DNA of 64,000 nucleotides. It comes from Acidobacteriota bacterium (GTDB lineage Bacteria > Acidobacteriota > UBA890 > WLXD01). The notes under the pieces are model-generated. The model searched no databases. It was not told the origin of the DNA and was given only the letters and a program-made list of their open reading frames with translations. Both the position numbers and the translations under genes were made by a program. The stretch is taken from the NCBI GenBank assembly GCA_965205505.1, contig CBDBHB010000008.1, positions 352,001 through 416,000 of the forward strand, given 5' to 3'. This document shows, piece after piece, positions 10,489-21,170 of this stretch (the stretch's first letter is position 1; the number at the start of each line of letters is the position of its first letter).

Positions 10489-11818
10489 ATGGACCTACTG
10501 CTGACACACGCGTATTTCCTCCAGGAGGACAAACACGAGCAGCTCGCGGCACGAGTTCCGCTGCCACCTTGAGCGTACACGGCCCCGCATCGTCGGCATC
10601 TACGTCAACCTGATGACGCTCGCTAGCGCCCTCCAGACGATCTCCGACTGTCGCGAGTTCGGCAGCATCGTGGTGGTGGGTGGACCGGAGCCGGCCGAGT
10701 ACGCCGATGAGTACCTCGCAGCCGGCGCCGACGTCGTGGTCGACGGCGAGGGCGAGATCACCCTACGGGAGCTGGTGCCGCACCTACTGGAGCACGGCGT
10801 TGCAGGCCTCGATGCGATCGACGGGATCATCTACCGTTCCGAAACATCCAATGGTGCGAACCAACGCGCCCCCGTCCGCACGGCCGCGAGAGCGCAGATC
10901 AGCGATCTAGATACGCTTCCGGACCCCGACCGAGAGGCCATCGACATTGGTCGCTACGTCGACGTATGGCGCACCCATCATGGGGCCGGCTCGGTGTCGT
11001 TGATCACTGCTCGAGGGTGCCCGTACAAATGCAATTGGTGCAGCCACAGCGTGTTCGGCTTCTCTCACCGGCGTCGATCCCCGGTGCGTGTCGCCGACGA
11101 GCTCGAGCATATCGTGAGCCGCTACCGCCCCGACCAGGTCTGGTATGCCGACGACGTGTTCACGATCAATCATCGCTGGCTTCACGAGTACGGCGACGAG
11201 CTGGAGCGCCGTGGTATGCGTGTGCCATTCGAGACCATCTCGCGCGAGGATCGCCTCGATACCGAGACCATCGCGCGTCTCGCCTCGATGGGATGCCGCC
11301 GTCTGTGGGTTGGGGCGGAAAGCGGGTCGCAGCGCGTCCTCGATGCCATGCAGCGCCAGACGAACGCGCCGCGTGTCGAGCAGATCGTCCACGAGCTACA
11401 ACAACACGGCATCGAGGTCGGTCTGTTCATCATGCTCGGCTACGAAGGCGAGCGGGTGAGCGACATCGAAGAGACCGTGGCGTTTCTCAAGCGGGCACGG
11501 CCAGACCGCTTCGTTACCACGGTTGCCTATCCCATCAGGGGGACCAGATACTATGAGCGCGTCTCGGATCGGCTCGTCGTGCCGCAGTCGTGGGCGACCA
11601 GCACCGATCGCGACATCTCGGTGCGTGGCAGGCACTCCGACAGGTTCTATCGCTGCGCCACACGCTGGATGGTCAACGAGGTCGAGCGCGCGCGCCTACG
11701 CAGCAGCGATCGAACCGGCTATGGGCGGCTCGCCCGCGCCACCGTCAATGCCCACGTAGGGCGCCTCGGCATGCACCTCCTGCGGCATCAGCAGCGCACT
11801 GCGGCGCCGCAGCCATGA
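10489..11818 (+). CDS. B12-binding radical SAM protein #3 with an apparent deletion/frameshift near 10540
   Basis: MDLLLTHAYFLQED start, then IVGIYVNLMT in another frame; ARGCPYKCNWC, GAESGSQ. Confidence 0.85.
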
Positions 11819-12666
11819 GCGCACTGCCCGCCTCGCTCGTTGGCGCTTCGGCAACCTTCGACAACGTCGCAAACGACTATGACCGCACCTTCAGCCACCG
11901 GACCCTGGGCCGCTGGTTGCGTCGATCGGTGCATTCTCGCCTGCGTGCCTACACGGCAGGCGATCGCGTCATCGAGCTCGGTTGCGGTACCGGCGAGGAC
12001 GCGCTCTGGCTGGCTCGGCGCGGTGTGCGTGTGGTGGCCATCGACGCTTCGTCAGCAATGCTGTCGGTAGCGGAGCGCAAGCTCCGCAGCGCCGGAGTCG
12101 TCGACCGCGTGCGCCTAGAGCATATCGATCTCAACGCGCCTCCGACCGACCTGCGGCGAGCGCTGGTGGGCGACGATTGGGTCAACGGCGAGCTCTTCGA
12201 CGGTTGTCTCTCGAACTTCGGCGCGCTCAACTGCGTCAGTGCCCGCCCGGCGCTCGCCGGCGTGGTCGCCAGCGTCATGCGCCCCGGCGCACGACTCACG
12301 GTTGTCGTGATGGGTCCCGTTTGCCCCTGGGAGATCGCCTCGTTCACGTTCCGCGGCCGGCTACCGAGCGCCTGCCGACGACTGCGTGGACGCGCCAGGG
12401 CGCGTATCGGCGACCACACGGTCGTGGTCGACTATCCGACCCCGCGGCGCCTGCGGAGTGAGCCGACACCGTGGTTTCGAGCTCTCGGCACGCGTGGGAT
12501 CGGCGTATTGCTACCACCCTCGCAGCTCGCCCACTTGGTGGAACAATGGACGCCGGCATTCGACCGCCTGCGTCGCTGGGAGGAGCGCTTCGCACACCTA
12601 CGAACCGCCGCGTGGCTGAGCGATCACTACCTACTGGAGATGGAGCGTCGTGACGACGAAACATGA
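11815..12666 (+). CDS. Class I SAM-dependent methyltransferase
   Basis: VIELGCGTGEDA motif I, SNFGALNC; ATG overlaps the upstream stop. Confidence 0.9.
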   Translation: MSALPASLVGASATFDNVANDYDRTFSHRTLGRWLRRSVHSRLRAYTAGDRVIELGCGTGEDALWLARRGVRVVAIDASSAMLSVAERKLRSAGVVDRVRLEHIDLNAPPTDLRRALVGDDWVNGELFDGCLSNFGALNCVSARPALAGVVASVMRPGARLTVVVMGPVCPWEIASFTFRGRLPSACRRLRGRARARIGDHTVVVDYPTPRRLRSEPTPWFRALGTRGIGVLLPPSQLAHLVEQWTPAFDRLRRWEERFAHLRTAAWLSDHYLLEMERRDDET

Positions 12667-12683
12667 TCGTGCCGGCGCGCTCG

Positions 12684-13883
12684 TCAGGCGACGTTGTCGC
12701 CAGCCTCACGTCGTTGAACAACTCGTTCATAGAGCGCTGCCAGCCGCTCCGCCATCGCGGCGAAGCTGAGCCGGCGATCGAACCGATCGACGACGCACTG
12801 CGCCACCTCGGCTGGCCGAGCTGCCCAGATACTCTGAACTCGCCGCGCCAGGGCGGCGGCGTCTCCCACCGGGAACAGCAAACCGCCGAGCTCCGCGCCG
12901 AGCATCTCGCGAAACGCCGGAATGTCGGTGACCACCGGGACCACCCCGCACGACATGGCCTCGAGGACCGCGCAGCCGCTGTGCTCACGCAGGCTGGCCT
13001 GGAGTAGGAAATCGGCGCTGCTGTAGATCGCCTCCATCTCCGCAGCGGGAGCCTCGCCGTGGAGGGTGGTACGGCACGCCAGCCGCGGGAGCGATCGCAG
13101 GAAATCGCTCACCTCGTCGAGCAGGTCAGCGCTCTGATACACACAGTGCAGGCGCGCCGTCGGCAGCGCATCAACGATCGCTTCGACGCCGCGAAGCATG
13201 GTCAACGGATCCTTGACCGGATGCAGCCGCGCCACCGACAACAGCACCGGCGCGCCGTCGAATCCGGTACGCTGGCGCGCCGCTTCGCGATCCTGCGGGT
13301 TCAGGGCGCTGGAGGTCTCAACAACTTGGGCGACGCGTTCGTACCCGTCCTCCAACAACCCGGCGTCGACGTAGGGTTGAGCATGCTCGGGCGCAGTGAA
13401 GAGGAGCGTCGCCGGTCCCGTGAGCCAGCGTCGCTGCAGTCGGCGCACCAACCAGCTGCGCGCCGGCTCGCCGCCGTGATGCTGCGCCACCCACGGGGTG
13501 CCGCAGCGCCTCAGCGCCCGATCTACTAGCGCCAAGTTGATGTGTGGAACTAGGCTATGAACGTGGACCAGATCGGGCTTCAGATCCACGACGCGGGCGA
13601 CGGTCGAGCGAGCAGGGATCAGGTGCGCCGCAGCAATAGGCGACAGCCGGGCCAGACCACGACCCAGCGTCGCCGCCACGTGCCCTTCCGAAACCAAGTG
13701 GTAGCGCACACCATGCTCGCGGTAATGCGTGGCATGCGGATGTTGCACGACGACGTCGACATGGTGTCCGAGCCGCGCTACCTGCCGAGGCAGGTGCCGT
13801 AGAAGCGGAAAACGATCGAGATAGTCTGCCGGCGCCAGATCCGCGTTCGGCGGACAATATGGTTGGACATAACAGATCCTCAT
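12684..13883 (-). CDS. GT4 glycosyltransferase
   Basis: SVARLHPVKD, EHSGCAVLEAMSCGVVPVV. Confidence 0.88.
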   Translation of the reverse strand: MRICYVQPYCPPNADLAPADYLDRFPLLRHLPRQVARLGHHVDVVVQHPHATHYREHGVRYHLVSEGHVAATLGRGLARLSPIAAAHLIPARSTVARVVDLKPDLVHVHSLVPHINLALVDRALRRCGTPWVAQHHGGEPARSWLVRRLQRRWLTGPATLLFTAPEHAQPYVDAGLLEDGYERVAQVVETSSALNPQDREAARQRTGFDGAPVLLSVARLHPVKDPLTMLRGVEAIVDALPTARLHCVYQSADLLDEVSDFLRSLPRLACRTTLHGEAPAAEMEAIYSSADFLLQASLREHSGCAVLEAMSCGVVPVVTDIPAFREMLGAELGGLLFPVGDAAALARRVQSIWAARPAEVAQCVVDRFDRRLSFAAMAERLAALYERVVQRREAGDNVA

Positions 13884-15165
13884 GGACCGGTCGATGCTCG
13901 AGCGCCTAGGACGGCGACGCAAGCCTCCCTCGCTGCTGCTGCGGAACCTGGAATGCTACAGCGACGGTGAGGTATTCCATGGCGACCTTCGCCTGACGGC
14001 GGGTCGCGTCGCCGAGATCGGCAGCGGCCTGGCGGCCGGCTCCGGGGAGCGCACTCTGGATCTCGACGGCCACCTGGCGTACCCGGGCCTGATCAACGCT
14101 CACGATCACCTCGAGCTGGACTTCCTTCCACGTCTCGGGAGCCCCCCCTACCCCAGTTTCTACGACTGGGCGGACGACGTTTACCATCCCGACGAGCCGC
14201 CGATTCGAGATTTGCGTCACGTGAGCCTGTCGGACCGCCTCTGGTGGGGGGCCTACAAGAACACGGTCGCCAGCGTCACCACAGTGATGCACCACGACAC
14301 TTACCATCGTCGCATCTTTCAGAGCGGTTTCCCGGTGCGCGTCACCCACCCCTACCGATGGGCGCACTCACTGGGTTTCGGCGTCGATCCCCGCGAAGCG
14401 TACGCCAGCGGCGCGGGCCCGTTCGTGATTCACGCCGCCGAGGGTGTTGACCAACGCAGCGAGCACGAGCTCGACGAGCTCTACGACATCGGCGTGCTTG
14501 CCGACGACACCATCCTCGTGCACGGCATCGCGATCACGTCGGCACAATGGCGGCGGCTGGCGGCACGTGGGGTGGGGCTGGTGTGGTGCCCCACGTCGAA
14601 CCTGTTCCTGTTCGGCAAGACGGTGGACGTGGGCTCCCTGCCTGAGGGCGTCGACGTGGCGCTCGGCACCGATTCCACCATCAGCGGCTCGGCCGGCCTG
14701 CTCGACGAGCTCCGGATGGCACGCAACACGGGCGCGGCGAGCGCCGTACGCCTGCTTGAGATGGTGACCACGGTGCCGGCCGCGATGCTCGCCCTCGAGA
14801 CCGGCTGCGGCCGTATTCAGCAAGGCGGTCCGGCCGATGTGATCATCCTCACTCCTGCAGACAGCGCTGCATCGCTGCCCGGGGCTGACAGCGATGGCGA
14901 CGCGGCACGCGCGGCGCACGCGCTGTTGGGAGCGCACTCGGCCGACCTTGCACTCGTGCTGGTCGCCGGCCGGCCGATGCTCGCCGACCCCGACGTCGCC
15001 GCAACCCTGGGCCTCGGCCCGGCGCGCGCGCTAATAGACGGCAGCTCCAAGTGGCTTGTCGGCGACCTTCCGGCTCTTCGAGAACGCATCGCCGCGGCGT
15101 CCGACGATGCCGACGCCTGGAACGCCAACCCTGTCTGGCGCCGGCTGCAGGCGGCCCCGAGTTGA
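13882..15165 (+). CDS. Amidohydrolase-superfamily metallo-deaminase (SsnA/MTA-deaminase-like)
   Basis: PGLINAHDH (HxH), IHAAEG, LVHG, LGTD metal ligands. Confidence 0.85.
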   Translation: MDRSMLERLGRRRKPPSLLLRNLECYSDGEVFHGDLRLTAGRVAEIGSGLAAGSGERTLDLDGHLAYPGLINAHDHLELDFLPRLGSPPYPSFYDWADDVYHPDEPPIRDLRHVSLSDRLWWGAYKNTVASVTTVMHHDTYHRRIFQSGFPVRVTHPYRWAHSLGFGVDPREAYASGAGPFVIHAAEGVDQRSEHELDELYDIGVLADDTILVHGIAITSAQWRRLAARGVGLVWCPTSNLFLFGKTVDVGSLPEGVDVALGTDSTISGSAGLLDELRMARNTGAASAVRLLEMVTTVPAAMLALETGCGRIQQGGPADVIILTPADSAASLPGADSDGDAARAAHALLGAHSADLALVLVAGRPMLADPDVAATLGLGPARALIDGSSKWLVGDLPALRERIAAASDDADAWNANPVWRRLQAAPS

Positions 15166-15258
15166 CCGCTCGGCGCCTGCGCATCGGTCTGGTCGTGCCC
15201 GGCTTCAGCGCCGACGAGCACGACTGGTGGATCCCCGCGCTGCGCGACCTGGTGGTCG
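15162..15258 (+). pseudogene. N-terminal fragment of a further GT4 glycosyltransferase
   Basis: TTG overlapping the upstream stop; LRIGLVVPGFSADEHDWWIPALRDLV, then similarity ends abruptly. Confidence 0.6.
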
Positions 15259-17993
15259 GGCGTCTGTGGTGCTCAGCTCGGCGACCTCCATCGCTCCCGC
15301 CCTGAGCTGGTCGGGATCATACGATCGCGGTCAAGGTGCGTGGCTCGAGATCGGTTACGTTGCCCTGTTCGCCGCGCTGGCAACACGACTCCGCAGCGCG
15401 CAGCAATGGCGGCGCCTGAGGTTCACGATTGCCACGTCCAGCGTCCCGGTGTGCCTCTTGGCGCTGGCGGGACGATCCGGCATCCCGATCCTCCTGGGCA
15501 ACGAGCCCCTGGAGGTAAACGCCACATTCGGCAACCCGACCTTCCTCGGGGCTTTCCTGTTGCTGACTTTGTTCGTGACCGCCGATTTCGTCGTCGAGAC
15601 GGCTACCAGCATGCGAGGTGGCGAGCAGCCGGTGACCGCCCACCAGGCGCGCCTGGGGCTACGCCGCGCCGCGCTGCCGACGTTGATCATCACTCTCCAG
15701 CTCGCGGTGCTGCTTGCCACACGCGGCTCCGCGGCGTTGATCGGGCTGCTGTTCGGCCTGTCGCTCCTGGTCGCCGGGGCGTTCGCCATGCGGCGCACCG
15801 ACTCAACGACAGCGCGCTCCGCCACGGGTCGGTGGAGGCGTCGCCCGATCGTGCTGGTATCGGTGGTCGTAGTCGCGGAGATCGTCTGGCTCGGTGCCAC
15901 CGCGGATCGCACCGCCAACGGTAATCAGGTGGTCGAGCTTGCGACGATGTTCAACCCGGAGCGCGACGCCAACCGGGTCCGACTATTGATCTGGGATGCC
16001 GTCTCGCAAGCGATGGTGACCTCGGCCGGCAACGACCAGGAAGTGCGCAACGCAGCGTGGCGCTGGCTTGTCGGGTTCCGCCCGGAGACCACCTGGCTAG
16101 CCCTCGAGCACTCCTACCCGGCCGAGCTGGCTGTCGTCGAGAGCTGGCAATCGCTGCCCGACCGGGCGCACAACCAGGTGCTGGAGATTCTTCTGACGCG
16201 CGGCCTGTTGGGGGGTCGGTTGCTACCTACTAACCGCCGCAGCGCTTCTCGCCATCGGACTGCGAGCCGCCGGTCTGCTGATCGAGCCGGGATCGACGCG
16301 GCGCTTCGCGACTGCGTTGATGGCCGGAAGCACGCTGGGCGGCGTCGCCGCACTCGCGGCGTCGGGCAGATGGTCGCTCGCAGCCGTAGGGCTGATCCCG
16401 GGCATGGTCGTCGGGGCGCTGGGTTACCTGCTTGGGCGGGTGGAAGGCACAGGCGAGAGCCCGCCTCGGCCGCGTCGCCAGCGATGGCTAGCGCTGCTGC
16501 TTACTGCCGCCGTAGTCGCGCATCTCGTGGAGACCCAGTTCGGCATTGCGGTGACCGCCAGCGAGACGTATTTCTGGCTTCTTGCCGGCGCGCTGGTAGC
16601 GCTCCGCTATCGCGGCTGGAGCCCGGGCGACGCAGCCGATGCGGCCGCCCCGGGCGGCACGGTCGACGGCCTCGTAATCGGCACGATCCTCCTGACGCTG
16701 GTTTTCGGCTTGATGACTCCCGGCACTACCGTGCCCCTGGTTGTGGCGCTCGTGCTCCTGGGGGCGTGGCTAGGCGGCTGGGTGCTTTCATCGCTGGGCA
16801 TGGCAACGCCGGCGCTGTTCGGCCGGCGCGGCAAGCGCGTCGCACTTGTCAGCGCTGTGGTTGTGGCGGCGTTTATCGGCTTCCACAAGCTGCAGACGGC
16901 AACCGCCACCGCCCTCCAGACGCGCGGCGACGACCTCGCTGCCGCGTCGACGTTCGCGACTTTCTTCGACGGGTACCAGGCCTGGATGCTAGCAGCCACG
17001 CTAGCCACCGGCGTGCTGCTGGCGGCATCAAAGCACGACGACGATCAGAGCGTCGGCGATCGCTCCCCGGCGCGCACCGTCCTCACGGTGACGCTGATCC
17101 TGGCGCTCGGCATCGCACTGCCGCGCGCACCGCATTTCGCCGCCGCGCGTGCCGATATCCTGGCCGCACAAGCCGAGAGGGCGCGGCTTGCAGGACGCTT
17201 CGCCAGCGCCGGGCGCCTCTACCAGGAGGCGCTGTCGCTGGGCGCCGACGAGATCGTCTACCGCATCGGGCTCGCCAAGGCACAGACCGATTGGGCCGGC
17301 GAGACCTCCGGTGATGTACGCGACAGTCGCTTTCGACGCGCCGCACACCAACTTCGGCTGGCGCTGCAATCGGAGCAGGCGGGCGCTACCGAGCACGCCA
17401 ACATGGCACGCCTGTACACGCTGTGGGGAGAAACCGAAGTCGATGCGGAGGCGCAATCCAGCAGGCTGGCGCGTGCCGATCGCCACTATCGCGGCGCCCT
17501 TGCGATACGCCCACAATCGGCTCGCTACTACGCCGAGTGGGGGCGCCTGAGCGTGCTCCAGGGCTGGCTCGAACCGGCGCGTTGGCGCTTCGGCCGCTCC
17601 TTGGCATTGGACCCGACACAGGGACAGACCTACCTCTGGGTGCGGCCCTTGCTGAGCTCCGACCTGCTGGAGGCAAGCGACGCCCTGGCCGAGCTCGGAC
17701 CCGACGTTGGCGCCATATCGCCGGCCCAGGTGCACGGAGCGCTGGTCGAACACTTCATCGAGGCCGGCCAGTTCGAGGCAGCGATCGAGGCAGCGTTCCG
17801 GCTCGCGCAGGCAGTCCCGGAGCACCCGGTCGGCCATTGGACCCTGGCCGGCCTGTACAGCCGTACCGGCCGGCCCGCCGAGGGTCTGCCGCACGCTCGC
17901 CGAGCGCTCCAACGTGCGCAGGGGCGGCCGCGCCGTCAGATCGCCCGGCTCATCGACAACCTCGAAACCGCAATCGAGAGAACGGCGTCGTGA
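15259..17993 (+). pseudogene. O-antigen ligase/O-oligosaccharyltransferase-like membrane protein with C-terminal TPRs; 5'-truncated and frameshifted near 16210
   Basis: GSYDRGQG, ATFGNPTFLG, VRLLIW, DRAHNQVLE motifs, many TM segments, TPR-like C-terminus; frame changes at a G-run. Confidence 0.75.
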
Positions 17994-18077
17994 TCGGCAA
18001 CGCCCATGTGTGGCTGGCCGTTTCGTTCGTCGCCTCGCGGCGCTGGGCCCGTCAGTGTGGACGGTGGCTCGTCTACG

Positions 18078-18097
18078 CTTCCACCATGGCCTGCTAG
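18078..18097 (-). repeat. CTAG-terminated repeat family member
   Basis: Reverse complement CTAGCAGGCCATGGTGGAAG. Confidence 0.75.
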
Positions 18098-18207
18098 TCG
18101 GCAGCAGCACCCCGTAGCGGGGCCAAGGGGCGTTGCCAACACTCAGGTCAGTCGGAGCAGCTTGCCGACCGAGCGCCTGGAAACGGCCCGTTGACCCGAG
18201 GTCAGAG

Positions 18208-18831
18208 CTACTGGTGGTTGGCTTCCACCAGCAACTCGATCTGCACATCGCCGCCAACGATGGCGGTCTCTGCCCACGATCCCACGCCCACGCCAAAATC
18301 TCTGCGATCGATGGTCAGGCTGGCCTGAAAGCTGGCAGCCTCGGTGATGCCGCCGAGCATGTCGCGCATCGGAGCGGGAATCGATTGCACGCCGAGCACC
18401 TTGATCGGCACGTCAACCTCGCGGGCAACGCCCTTGATCGTGAGGGTGCCGGTGGCTACCAAGTTAGTGGCGTTGATTCGCTTGACCGAGCTGCTGCTGA
18501 ACGTGATGTAAGGGTAATCGTCGGCTTCGAACCAATCTCCCGAGCGCAGGTGGTTGTCGCGGCGCTCGTTACCCGTGTTGACCGAGGCAACGGCAATCGT
18601 CGCCTCTACGTGACTATTGGCTGGGTTCTCCGAATCGAAGACAAGGTCGATCTCATAGTCGTTGAACGATCCGCTGATCGGTGTGAAGAAATGGCGCACC
18701 TGGAAACCGACCTCGGTGTGGTCGCCATCGACATTCCATGTGCGCGCGTCGAGTCTGGTGGCGGCAGCGTGGCCGAACGACGAGGCGGCGATCAGACCGA
18801 CCAGAACGGTGAGGACAAGCAGCTTTCGCAT
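18208..18831 (-). CDS. yceI: YceI family polyisoprenoid-binding protein
   Basis: Signal peptide, WNVDGDHTEVGFQVRH, RDNHLRSGDWF, IDRRDFGV. Confidence 0.92.
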   Translation of the reverse strand: MRKLLVLTVLVGLIAASSFGHAAATRLDARTWNVDGDHTEVGFQVRHFFTPISGSFNDYEIDLVFDSENPANSHVEATIAVASVNTGNERRDNHLRSGDWFEADDYPYITFSSSSVKRINATNLVATGTLTIKGVAREVDVPIKVLGVQSIPAPMRDMLGGITEAASFQASLTIDRRDFGVGVGSWAETAIVGGDVQIELLVEANHQ

Positions 18832-19032
18832 GTGAACCCTTCCTGGGGAGCTAGCGTGGATGGTGCCTCGCGGCAGACGTTTCCTGGCGACCGTGAGGGT
18901 GAGCGGCGAGGTGCTCGGTCGTTTGTTCGCCGCGGCCAGCAAGCTGGTTACAGCCGTTGGGCTCCGGCACCGTCAGGAGTGTGGCGCAGATAACGGGCCG
19001 CAGCGCGCTGCGACCGGCCTCGATACCCGGCG

Positions 19033-19067
19033 CTAGCAGGCCGTGGTCGAAGCGCGACGGGCCTGGC
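19033..19067 (+). repeat. CTAG-terminated repeat family member
   Basis: CTAGCAGGCCGTGGTCGAAGCGCGACGGGCCTGGC aligns with the 28446 copy. Confidence 0.75.
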
Positions 19068-19073
19068 GACCGG

Positions 19074-21170
19074 TCACCACATCTCGCGGAGCTTCGCGCC
19101 CACGTCTGCCACAACCCCTCCAACCGCCGCCACCTCGCCATCGTCGCTTCCGCCGCCAGGGGCGAGACGCTCGAACCGATCACGGGCCTCCACCGGCAGG
19201 AACCGGCTGATCGGCGCGTACACATGTCGGCCGCCGAGACGACGCTGATGAGTCACGTAGAAGCGCAACGGATGGATGAGGTGAAGCTCGCGCTCGGCCC
19301 GCGTCATCGCCACATAGAGCAGCCGTCGCTCCTCATCGATCTCCTCGGTCGTGCCGGTCGCCATGTCGGAGGGGATGCAGCCATCCACAACGTTGAGCAG
19401 GTGCACGCTGTCCCACTCCTGACCCTTGGCAGAGTGGATGGTCGAGAGGATCAGGTAGTCCTCGTCTAGATGCGGCGGCCCAGCATGATCGCCGCTTGCC
19501 TGCGGCGGGTCGATGATGAGCTCGGTAAGGAACCGCTCGCGGTTCGGATAACGGCCCGCGATGTGCTCGAGCTGCTCCAGGTCGCCGGCCCGGACTACCG
19601 GAGCCTCGTAGAGCGCTTCGAGGTAGGGCTCGTACCAGACACGAGCACGACCCAGGTCTCCCGGCCACTGCGCATCAGCACCCGCCAGCTCGATCAACAG
19701 CTCGAGGAGCGCGGCGAATTCCTGGCGGGCGGCGAGCGGAACCTGGCATTCGCGCAGCGCCTCCCATTCGCCGTTGGCGTCGTCGAGGGACTCGATCACA
19801 CGCTGGGCCGTCCCGGGGCCGACGCCCGACAGCAGCTGCAGCACGCGAAACGCCGCCGGGCTGTCGCGAGAGTTCTGCGCCCAGCGCAGCAGGGCGAGTA
19901 GATCCTTGATGTGGGCGGCCTCGAGGAACTTCAAGCCCCCGTACTTGACGAACGGGATGTTGCGGCGCGCCAGCTCCACTTCGAGCAGATCGCTGTGGTG
20001 CGAGGTACGAAACAGCACCGCTTGCCGTTTGAGCGGCACCCCCTCCTCGCGCGTCGCCAGGATCTCCTCGACTACATACTGCGCCTGGGCGTTCTCATCC
20101 TCGACGGCCACCAGGCGCGGCCGCTGGTCGGAGACCTTGCTGGTGAACAAGTCTTTGGTATAGAGCTCGGTCGCCTGCGCGATCACGACGTTGGCGGCCT
20201 CGAGAATCGGCTGGGTGGATCGATAGTTCTGCTCCAGGGTGACGACCCTGGCGGGCGGTTCGAAGCAAGCCGGAAAGTCGAGGATGTTACGTACTGAGGC
20301 GGCCCGAAACGCGTAGATGGCCTGCGCATCGTCGCCGACCACTGTGATGCCGTCGCGGCCTGGACGCAGCGCCAAGAGGATCTGCGCCTGCAGGCTATTG
20401 GTGTCCTGATACTCGTCGACCAGCACGTGGTCGAAAAGCTCTGCAACGTACCCGGCGAGCTCCTTTTCCTTCATCATGTACGCCCAGTACAGCAGCAGGT
20501 CGTCGTAGTCGAGAATAGCGCGCTCCTGCTTGAGCTCCACGTATGCCCGGAAGAGCTTGCGCAGCGACTCCTCCCACTCCGCGCACCAGGGGAAGTGTCG
20601 CCCGAGGACCTCGTCGAGCTGTTGTTCGCTGTTCACCGTTCGTGAGTACACCGACATGCAGGTGCCCTTGCGCGGGAAGCGCTTGGCCCGGTCCGACATG
20701 CCAAGCTGGTTGCGCACCAAGTTGAGTAGGTCCTCCGAGTCCGAGCGGTCCATCACCGTGAACGACTCGGACAGTCCTACCGCCGGCCCGAAACGGCGCA
20801 ACAACCGGCCGGCGACGGAATGGAACGTCCCGGCCCACTGCAGCGACATGGGCGTCGAGCGCATCGGACGACCCGAGACGTCGTTGCTCCGTACCGCAGC
20901 GACGACGATCCGCTCTGCCCTACGACGCATCTCCTGCGCCGCCCGGCGACTGAAGGTCAACAGCAGTACACGCCGTGGATCGGCCCCGCGAACGATGAGC
21001 TCGGCAACGCGGTGGGCGAGGGTCAAGGTCTTGCCGGCGCCGGCGCCGGCAATGATCAGCAATGGCGGCACGGCGCGCAGATCGTCATCCAGCCCATACA
21101 GAACCGCTCGTCGCTGCGCTTCGTTGAGGTTGTCCAGGTGCGACGACGGCGCGCTGCTCCCCTCCTCCAT
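19074..21170 (-). CDS. UvrD/PcrA/Rep family ATP-dependent DNA helicase
   Basis: AGAGAGKT, VDEYQDT, NYRST, STIHSAKGQE, EERRLLYVAMTRA. Confidence 0.95.
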   Translation of the reverse strand: MEEGSSAPSSHLDNLNEAQRRAVLYGLDDDLRAVPPLLIIAGAGAGKTLTLAHRVAELIVRGADPRRVLLLTFSRRAAQEMRRRAERIVVAAVRSNDVSGRPMRSTPMSLQWAGTFHSVAGRLLRRFGPAVGLSESFTVMDRSDSEDLLNLVRNQLGMSDRAKRFPRKGTCMSVYSRTVNSEQQLDEVLGRHFPWCAEWEESLRKLFRAYVELKQERAILDYDDLLLYWAYMMKEKELAGYVAELFDHVLVDEYQDTNSLQAQILLALRPGRDGITVVGDDAQAIYAFRAASVRNILDFPACFEPPARVVTLEQNYRSTQPILEAANVVIAQATELYTKDLFTSKVSDQRPRLVAVEDENAQAQYVVEEILATREEGVPLKRQAVLFRTSHHSDLLEVELARRNIPFVKYGGLKFLEAAHIKDLLALLRWAQNSRDSPAAFRVLQLLSGVGPGTAQRVIESLDDANGEWEALRECQVPLAARQEFAALLELLIELAGADAQWPGDLGRARVWYEPYLEALYEAPVVRAGDLEQLEHIAGRYPNRERFLTELIIDPPQASGDHAGPPHLDEDYLILSTIHSAKGQEWDSVHLLNVVDGCIPSDMATGTTEEIDEERRLLYVAMTRAERELHLIHPLRFYVTHQRRLGGRHVYAPISRFLPVEARDRFERLAPGGGSDDGEVAAVGGVVADVGAKLREMW

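Noticed and set aside
7493-11818. B12-radical SAMs as maturases of the 29821-29991 peptide
   Set aside because: They are 18 kb away, embedded among glycosyltransferases, and show no RRE or SPASM domain.
15056-17314. 752-aa ORF as a single protein
   Set aside because: It is a chimera: only ~15260-16210 is coding in this frame and the rest is out-of-frame Arg-rich sequence.
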